Of a stretch of 63,827 nt of DNA, positions 58,062 through 63,827 are shown piece after piece. Made by a program: the position numbers and the translations under genes. Source of the stretch: Pyrinomonadaceae bacterium (GTDB lineage: Bacteria > Acidobacteriota > Blastocatellia > Pyrinomonadales > Pyrinomonadaceae); the NCBI GenBank assembly GCA_049799955.1, contig JBARIW010000075.1:1-63827 (forward strand), read 5' to 3'. Position 1 is the stretch's first letter. Each line of letters opens with the position of its first letter. Under the pieces are notes generated by a model. It saw only the letters and a list, made by a program, of their open reading frames with translations. It was not told the origin of the DNA and did no database searches.

Positions 58062-59642
58062 ATGAGCGCGGTACTTTCTTTTCCGCAGGCAGAAGACGAA
58101 ATTATTTCCTATAATCCGGCGACGAACGAGGAAATCGGCAGAGCCCGAAATACTTCCGCCGAAGACGTTCGCGAATCGGTCGAAAAATCGCGCGCGGCTT
58201 TTTCCGGGTGGCGCAAGACTTCGTTTGCCGAACGAAGGCGATTTGTGATGAAAGCGCGCGATGTAATTTTGAACGAGCTCGATGAAATTGCGCGCCTTAT
58301 TTCGGACGAAGCGGGCAAGCCCGTTGCCGAATCGCTCTCGATGGAAATTTCGCCGGTTCTCGATTTAATGCAGTATTTTGCGAAAAACGCGCCGAAAATT
58401 CTCAAGCCGCACAAAATCAATATCGGTCTTTACGTGACGCTCGGACGCACTTCGAAAATCATATACCAGCCGCTCGGCGTAGTCGGCATTATTCCGGCGT
58501 GGAATTACCCGTTTTCGATTCCGCTCGGCGAAATGTCGATGGCTTTGATGGCGGGCAACACGGTCGTTCTAAAACCTTCGGAGCTGACATCGTTTATCGG
58601 TCTGAAAATCGGCGAGATTTTCAAAAAAGCCGGATTGCCGGAAAACGTCGTGCAGGTCGTTACGGGCGACGGACGAACGGGCGCGGCGCTGGTCGATTCC
58701 GCGCCGGATAAAATTATGTTCACCGGAAGCGTGGCGACGGGCAAGAAAATCGCCGAAGCCGCCGCGAAAAATTTAACGTCGGTCGTATTGGAACTCGGCG
58801 GCAAAGACCCGATGATTGTTTTTGAAGACGCAAATCTCGAACTCGCCGCGCAGGGCGCAATCTGGGGCGCGTTTTGCAATTCCGGTCAGTCGTGCTCGTC
58901 GGTCGAAAGATTGTATGTGCAGGAATCGGTCGCGGAAGAATTGACTAAAAAGATAGTCGAAAAAACTAAAGTGTTAAAGCAAAATCTCGGAAGCATTGAT
59001 TCGACCGACATCGGCGCGATGTCTTCGGAAAGACAAGTGCAAATCGTCGAAGACCACGTTGAAGATTTTCGAAGGAGCGGCGCGAAAATTCTCACGGGCG
59101 GCAAGCGAAACACGCGCTTTACGGGAACGTTTTACGAACCGACGGTTATCGGCGGCGCGACGAACGAGATGCGCGGGATGATGGAAGAAACTTTCGGTCC
59201 GACGCTTCCGATTGCCGTTTTCAAAACCGAAGAAGAAGCGATTCGCCTTGCCAACGAAAGCGAATTCGGCTTGACGGCGAGCGTCTGGACAAAAGATTTG
59301 GCAAAAGGAAAACGCGTCGCCGAGCGAATCGAAGCCGGAACGGTCTGCGTCAACGAAGTTTTATACACGCACGGCATCGGGCAAACGCCTTGGGGCGGAT
59401 TCAAAAATTCGGGAAACGGCAGAACTCACGGGCGCGAAGGCTTGATGGAGCTTGTCCAGCCGCAGCACATACACGTCAATCGTTTTGCGGTTCTGCCGAA
59501 CGCGTGGTGGATGCCTTACGGCGCGACGGCTCTCGAAACTTTTCGCGGTTTCGCCAAATATTTCGCCACCGGCTCGCTTTTTCAAACCTCAAAGCTCGCG
59601 CCGCAGCTTTTGAAAAGAATTAAAGAACTGCGAAGAAAATAA
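58062..59642 (+). CDS. NAD(P)+-dependent aldehyde dehydrogenase
   Basis: 526 aa; 'ELGGKDPMIV' and catalytic-Cys region 'FCNSGQSCSSVERLYV'. Divergent from the Lrp gene. Confidence 0.9.
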   Translation: MSAVLSFPQAEDEIISYNPATNEEIGRARNTSAEDVRESVEKSRAAFSGWRKTSFAERRRFVMKARDVILNELDEIARLISDEAGKPVAESLSMEISPVLDLMQYFAKNAPKILKPHKINIGLYVTLGRTSKIIYQPLGVVGIIPAWNYPFSIPLGEMSMALMAGNTVVLKPSELTSFIGLKIGEIFKKAGLPENVVQVVTGDGRTGAALVDSAPDKIMFTGSVATGKKIAEAAAKNLTSVVLELGGKDPMIVFEDANLELAAQGAIWGAFCNSGQSCSSVERLYVQESVAEELTKKIVEKTKVLKQNLGSIDSTDIGAMSSERQVQIVEDHVEDFRRSGAKILTGGKRNTRFTGTFYEPTVIGGATNEMRGMMEETFGPTLPIAVFKTEEEAIRLANESEFGLTASVWTKDLAKGKRVAERIEAGTVCVNEVLYTHGIGQTPWGGFKNSGNGRTHGREGLMELVQPQHIHVNRFAVLPNAWWMPYGATALETFRGFAKYFATGSLFQTSKLAPQLLKRIKELRRK

Positions 59643-59826
59643 ATTCCATCAAGATTAAACTTGCAGGCTTAATAAGGCGCTAAAACCGATTTTTATTGAC
59701 TTTCGTGCTGAATGTCGAGTATAAATGATTCGGTATAACACGAATTTAATCCGGTTTAATACAAAATTACGGGTTGGCTTTTAAATTTAAGCTTGCCTTC
59801 TTTTGCGTGAAGAGGGGAAACACACA

Positions 59827-60243
59827 ATGAAACTTAAGCTAAGCATTTACCCCGACGAAGGATTACTCTACGCAACCTATTCAGGAAAATTCTTATTGGC
59901 GGATTCGGAAAGAATTTTTCTGCAAATCATTGAGGCTGGTAAGCGGCATAAAGTCCAAAAAGTGCTCGTAGACGGCAGAGCGGTTACCGGAAGTCTTCAA
60001 ACCCTGGAAAGGTTTTGCTATGGCGCATTTGTGGCGGAAAAAGCCTTTGAACTTTCCTGCCATGCCAAATTCGCCTATGTTCTTAAAGAGCCGGTGCTCG
60101 ACCCTGAGAGATTTGGCGAAACAGTTGCTATCAACCGGGGTATGTTTGTAAAGGCATTCGACAACATCAAAGACGCTGAGCAATGGCTCGGCACAAACCT
60201 GGATAATAAATCAATCGCACTCGACGACGCCATAAAAAATTGA
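59827..60243 (+). CDS. hypothetical protein
   Basis: SD agagggga then ATG at 59827; 139 aa; no family recognised. Confidence 0.5.
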   Translation: MKLKLSIYPDEGLLYATYSGKFLLADSERIFLQIIEAGKRHKVQKVLVDGRAVTGSLQTLERFCYGAFVAEKAFELSCHAKFAYVLKEPVLDPERFGETVAINRGMFVKAFDNIKDAEQWLGTNLDNKSIALDDAIKN

Positions 60244-60305
60244 TAATTGATAATTGATAATTGGAAGACTCTTTCTTAATTATCAATTATCAATTATCAA
60301 TTATC
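60241..60305. repeat. palindromic heptamer-repeat hairpin (TGATAAT x3.5 … ATTATCA x4) between convergent genes
   Basis: ttgataattgataattgataattgg-aagactctttctt-aattatcaattatcaattatcaattatcaa. Confidence 0.9.
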
Positions 60306-60312
60306 AATTTTC

Positions 60313-61242
60313 TTACTCTTGTTCCGCCATCTGCTTTTTCGCCTGCACGATGAATGAGCGCACCATTGTCGCTTCGTCGGCGTCGGGGAAAACGCGCAGG
60401 AATTCTTCATAAACATTGATGGCTTCCTGAAACATTTTCATTCTCTCAAAAGTGTCGCCGAGCAGTTGATAAACGACAATCGCGTCGGGCGCGCCGGAAA
60501 GCTGCGCGACGGCTTTTTTCAATTCGGCGGCGGCAAGCCCGTAAAATTCCTTCTCGCTTTCAAAATCGCCTGCTCCGGCGAAATCATCAGCCTTTTCGCG
60601 GTAAATTGTGCCGAGTCCCGTGTGCGCTTCGGGCTGAAAGCCTTTGCCTTCGGTGATGGCGCGTTTATAGGCGGCAATCGCTTCTTTTTCTTCGCCGGCG
60701 GCGCTGTAAATTCTGCCTTCGACCGCCGACGTTTCCGCAAAAGCCGGACGCATTTTTCGAGCTTCCCTGACGGCTGCGAGCGCCGCGTCCATATCGCCTG
60801 CGGCAGACAAAACGCGCGCCAGACCGAGCTGCGCGTCGAGATATTTCGGGCGTAATTTGACGGCTTTTTTATACATCTCGACGGCTTTTTCGCGGTCAGT
60901 CGAAGCAAAAGATTCGGCTTGCTGAAAGGCAATCTCGGCTTCGTCAGTGGTTTTTGTCAGGGCGATTTTTATCTCGCCCTTTTGCGCTGGCAAAAGATTT
61001 TGCGCGGTTTCCTTAAAACCGTCGGCGCGGACGCGCAGCTTCTTCGCTCCGTTTGACGCGATTTTTACGGTCAATTTTCCGTCCGCGTCCGTCGTGCCGT
61101 ACCTGAGGTCGTTTACCCAGACAATCGCATTCGGCTCGCTGGAAATCGTGATTGTCCTTGTCTGCGAAAGAGCGGCGGCGGCAAATATCAAACAAAATAA
61201 AAGAGCGAAAAAATGAATTTTGATACGCATAACTTTATTCAT
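60313..61242 (-). CDS. secreted PEGA-domain + TPR-repeat protein
   Basis: Signal peptide, a PEGA-like beta domain (RTITISSEPNAIVWVNDLRYGTTDADGKLTVK), then 4-5 TPR-like Ala-rich repeats. Confidence 0.65.
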   Translation of the reverse strand: MNKVMRIKIHFFALLFCLIFAAAALSQTRTITISSEPNAIVWVNDLRYGTTDADGKLTVKIASNGAKKLRVRADGFKETAQNLLPAQKGEIKIALTKTTDEAEIAFQQAESFASTDREKAVEMYKKAVKLRPKYLDAQLGLARVLSAAGDMDAALAAVREARKMRPAFAETSAVEGRIYSAAGEEKEAIAAYKRAITEGKGFQPEAHTGLGTIYREKADDFAGAGDFESEKEFYGLAAAELKKAVAQLSGAPDAIVVYQLLGDTFERMKMFQEAINVYEEFLRVFPDADEATMVRSFIVQAKKQMAEQE

Positions 61243-61388
61243 CGCAAAGCTTTTGATTATAAATAAGCAATCGTCGGTTGCCTCTCTGGCGGCGTTAAAA
61301 ATATCCTTCGACTTCGATTATTGCTTTAACTTTATGATAAGCAAGCCGGACGATTTGAGGCAAAAGTAGAAATCCGATTGCTGAAAGC

Positions 61389-61416
61389 TTGATTTTTTCA
61401 GGCGAGGATTTATAAT
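61389..61416 (+). promoter_or_regulatory. sigma-70 promoter of the tRNA gene: -35 TTGATT, 16-nt spacer, -10 TATAAT
   Basis: TTGATT at 61389-61394 and TATAAT at 61411-61416; the tRNA 5' end is 12 nt downstream of the -10 box. Confidence 0.7.
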
Positions 61417-61427
61417 CAAATGTTCGT

Positions 61428-61504
61428 GGCTGGGTAGCTCAGCTGGTTAGAGCGTCGGATTCATAACCCGAAGGACGAGTGTTCAAGTCACTCTCCAGCC
61501 ACCA
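61428..61504 (+). tRNA. tRNA-Met (anticodon CAT); could alternatively be tRNA-Ile2 (lysidine)
   Basis: 77 nt including the encoded CCA. The cloverleaf has a 7-bp acceptor stem (GGCTGGG/TCCAGCC with G7·U), a D-arm GCTC/GAGC, anticodon loop TTCATAA and a T-arm GAGTG-TTCAAGT-CACTC. The 1:72 positions are paired, so it is not an initiator. Confidence 0.9.
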
Positions 61505-61518
61505 TATTTAATAGATTC

Positions 61519-61884
61519 TTAGGAGCGATTATGCTCCTTTTCTTTTTGCTTATAATGTTCTTTTCGATGACAGTTTGAGCATAAAACTTGACACTTTGCG
61601 ATTTCTTTTTGTAATAATTTCACACTCAGAAATTTATTAACTCTTCCTAAGGCAAACTCCTTTTCATTTGGATTAATATGATGGAAATCCAGGCAAGCCG
61701 GATGATTTTCTTCGCAAATTTCACATTTTAACGTCGCTTTATATTCTTTCAGCCAAGTCTTAATTTTCTTATCTCTGTTTCTTACGTAGGTAATGTGTTT
61801 TGCTTTATTTTCCTGATACCATTTACGCATGTATTCGCGTTGGTATTCGCGGCGTTTCTGCTTATTTTTAATCGGCATAGACAA
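61519..61884 (-). CDS. HNH endonuclease-family small basic protein
   Basis: 121 aa; 'CEICEENHPACLDFHHINPNEKEF…CQVLCSNCHRKEH' carries the CxxC…HH…N…CxxCH His-Me finger pattern. AT-rich and tRNA-adjacent. Confidence 0.55.
   Translation of the reverse strand: MSMPIKNKQKRREYQREYMRKWYQENKAKHITYVRNRDKKIKTWLKEYKATLKCEICEENHPACLDFHHINPNEKEFALGRVNKFLSVKLLQKEIAKCQVLCSNCHRKEHYKQKEKEHNRS
61521..61548. terminator. rho-independent terminator after the tRNA (aggagc-gattat-gctcct + T-run), shared with the convergent HNH gene
   Basis: 6-bp GC-rich stem followed by tttctttttg. Confidence 0.7.
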
Positions 61885-61997
61885 ATATTATTCAAAATAA
61901 GTTTTATAAACAAGCTAAGTGTTATAAATCTTAAAGCGGTAAGTCTTTGATTCTTACCGTTTTATTTTTGCGCGGAAATCGGTATCATCTTGTATCT

Positions 61998-63320
61998 ATG
62001 AAGCTCTTTTTAACTGCTTTGATTACGCTTTCAATTTTTCTGGCAGGCGCGGAAACATACTCACAGACGCCGAAAGATTTGGCGGAGATGTGGGAAAAGA
62101 AGCATATCACGAACATTTTTCCTTCAAACGTCAGGCATAAAGATTTAAAAAATTATCTCGAACAGCTTAAAAAGCTTGAAATAAAAGTCGAAGAAGTCGG
62201 GCGCAGCTACGGCAACCGCGAGATTTACCAGATGGAATGGGGAAAAGGCGCGACCCGAATTTTTCTGTGGTCGCAGATGCACGGCGACGAGCCGACGGCG
62301 ACTTCCGCGCTGGTTGATATGTTCGCCTTTTTGCAGAAAAACCGCGATAAAGGCTGGGTTAGAAAACTGGAAGAAACGCTGACGATTCGCGCCGTTCCGA
62401 TGCTTAATCCCGACGGTGCGGAACTTTACCAGCGCAGAAATCTGCAATATATTGACATCAACCGCGACGCTTCGAATCTGCAAACGCCCGAAGCGCAGCT
62501 TCTCAAACGTCTGCGCGACGCGTGGCAACCCGTTATCGGTTTTAACCTGCACAATCAACAGTCTTTGACGACCGTTAGCGGCTCGACCAATCAGGCGGCG
62601 ATTTCGTTTCTGGTCGTCGAGGGAAATCCCGAATTTCGTAACAACGAGGGAAACGAGCGTAACAAACGCCTCTGCGCGGCAATGATTATCGCGCTGCAAA
62701 GCTTTATGCGCGGAAACATCGGGCGCTACGTCGATGCGTATAATCCGACCGCTTTCGGCGACAAATTTTCCGATTGGGGCACGCCGACGATTTTGATTGA
62801 AACCGGCGCGCTCTACGGCAAAGATGAAATGTTTCTGGTCAAAATGAATTTTATCGCTTACTTAACCGCGCTGAATTCGCTGGTTGACGGCAGCGAGAAG
62901 ATTTTAAGCCCGATGAATTACGAATTTATTCCGAATAACAGTTCGGGAAATCTTTTCAATTTTATTTTCCGCCGCGCTAACGTCGTCAATAATTCCGCCG
63001 AAACTGTTCAGATTCAATCCGCCGATGTCGCCGTCAATACGCAGCGCCGACGCGCCGGAGAATACACATCGGCATTTGTTCAGACGACGGGCAGCTTACT
63101 AAATTCCAGAGGCTTGGAAGAATACGATGCGAGCAATTTTTATCTCGTTCCGAGATTCAGCGGCGTTACCGTCCGCGCCGGCGCGTTGGGCGAATTTTTC
63201 TTTTACCGCAAAGACCGAGCAATCGATTGGAAAGCGATTGATTTGGAAAAACAGTTTCCGCCCGACGCAATTTTCAGCGGCGGCAAATGGATAAAAGGCG
63301 AGCTGACAAAATTAAAATAA
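61998..63320 (+). CDS. secreted M14-family zinc carboxypeptidase
   Basis: Signal peptide; 'WSQMHGDEPTATSAL' (HxxE zinc site) and 'PMLNPDGAE'. Confidence 0.8.
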   Translation: MKLFLTALITLSIFLAGAETYSQTPKDLAEMWEKKHITNIFPSNVRHKDLKNYLEQLKKLEIKVEEVGRSYGNREIYQMEWGKGATRIFLWSQMHGDEPTATSALVDMFAFLQKNRDKGWVRKLEETLTIRAVPMLNPDGAELYQRRNLQYIDINRDASNLQTPEAQLLKRLRDAWQPVIGFNLHNQQSLTTVSGSTNQAAISFLVVEGNPEFRNNEGNERNKRLCAAMIIALQSFMRGNIGRYVDAYNPTAFGDKFSDWGTPTILIETGALYGKDEMFLVKMNFIAYLTALNSLVDGSEKILSPMNYEFIPNNSSGNLFNFIFRRANVVNNSAETVQIQSADVAVNTQRRRAGEYTSAFVQTTGSLLNSRGLEEYDASNFYLVPRFSGVTVRAGALGEFFFYRKDRAIDWKAIDLEKQFPPDAIFSGGKWIKGELTKLK

Positions 63321-63338
63321 TGGTTTTCGCCGCAGGGG

Positions 63339-63425
63339 AAAAAATTAACAGGGATAACAGGATGAACAGGGATAAAACAAATTATTTAAATATCCCTGTC
63401 TATCTTGTTATCCCTGTTAATTTTT
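63339..63425. repeat. palindromic hairpin built from tandem AACAGGGAT units (terminator position after the M14 gene, upstream of recN)
   Basis: aaaaattaacagggataacaggatgaacagggataaaac-aaattatttaaat-atccctgtctatcttgttatccctgttaattttt; about 31-bp arms with 2 mismatches. Confidence 0.85.
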
Positions 63426-63485
63426 CTTAAAAATCTCTGTGTGCTCTGTGCCTCTGTGGTGAAATTTTCTTATAATCAAAATCGA

Positions 63486-63827
63486 TATGCTTTCTCTGCT
63501 CAAAATCAAAAATATCGCGCTGATTGATGAAATCGGGCTTGAATTTGCCAATGGCTTGAATCTTTTAACGGGCGAAACCGGCTCGGGAAAATCGATTATC
63601 GTTGACAGTCTGGGCGCGCTGACGGGCGAGCGGGTTTCGTCCGATTTAATCAAGGAAGGCGAGAAAAACGCGCAGATTGAAGGACTTTTCAACATATTTT
63701 TAAACAAAGATTTGCGGCGGATTTTTGACGAAAGCGGCATCGAACTCGATGACGCGGAAGAAATCGACATCATCGTTCGACGCGAGCTTTCGGCGACGGG
63801 GAAAAACCGGATTTTTGTTAATAATCA
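63486..63827 (+). CDS. recN: DNA repair protein RecN (N-terminal part; continues beyond the window)
   Basis: MLSLLKIKNIALIDEIGLEFANGLNLLTGETGSGKSIIVDSLGALTGER… is the canonical RecN Walker-A N-terminus. Confidence 0.85.

Noticed and set aside
61428-61504. Initiator tRNA-fMet
   Set aside because: Three consecutive G-C pairs are present in the anticodon stem, but position 1:72 is a normal G-C pair (bacterial initiators have a 1:72 mismatch) and the A32:C40 closing pair is not initiator-specific. I call it elongator Met or Ile2.

Overview
This 63.8-kb window looks like bacterial chromosome at roughly 50% GC, and I cannot place the phylum. Many genes lack a Shine-Dalgarno sequence and two sigma-54 activators are present, so it is not a cyanobacterium. 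Housekeeping genes include clpS/clpA, aat, truB, recX, alaS, the 5' end of recN, and a tRNA-Met(CAT) with a textbook sigma-70 promoter. Accessory content includes a TetR-controlled three-gene membrane operon; a GH63-like hydrolase co-transcribed with a 1190-aa GH18-like/CE4/GT2 fusion, divergent from a TPR sigma-54 activator; PhoX, MATE, M43 and M14 peptidases; and a flotillin-like protein. The most unusual content is a genome-wide repertoire of short-unit (mostly 7-bp) tandem repeats. Intergenic copies pair with their own reverse complement to form long near-perfect hairpins at gene 3' ends, often abutting the start codon of the next gene. At least two families exist (CAAGATT; GCAGAGACGC). 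Some copies sit in-frame inside coding sequences: a GH63-like gene, an O-antigen-ligase-like gene and truB. Also notable are a 12 x 20-bp degenerate tandem array; a brnT/brnA toxin-antitoxin pair wedged between clpS and clpA; and a 0.5-kb insertion flanked by a decayed duplicate of the clpA 3' end. Downstream of alaS lies a roughly 2.9-kb AT-rich islet bounded by att-like direct repeats and a 17-bp inverted repeat. It carries a Zn-ribbon gene, a 128-aa unknown gene, a frameshifted SWIM-DDE transposase and a frameshifted HNH endonuclease. A second HNH gene abuts the tRNA. No CRISPR array or rRNA was seen.
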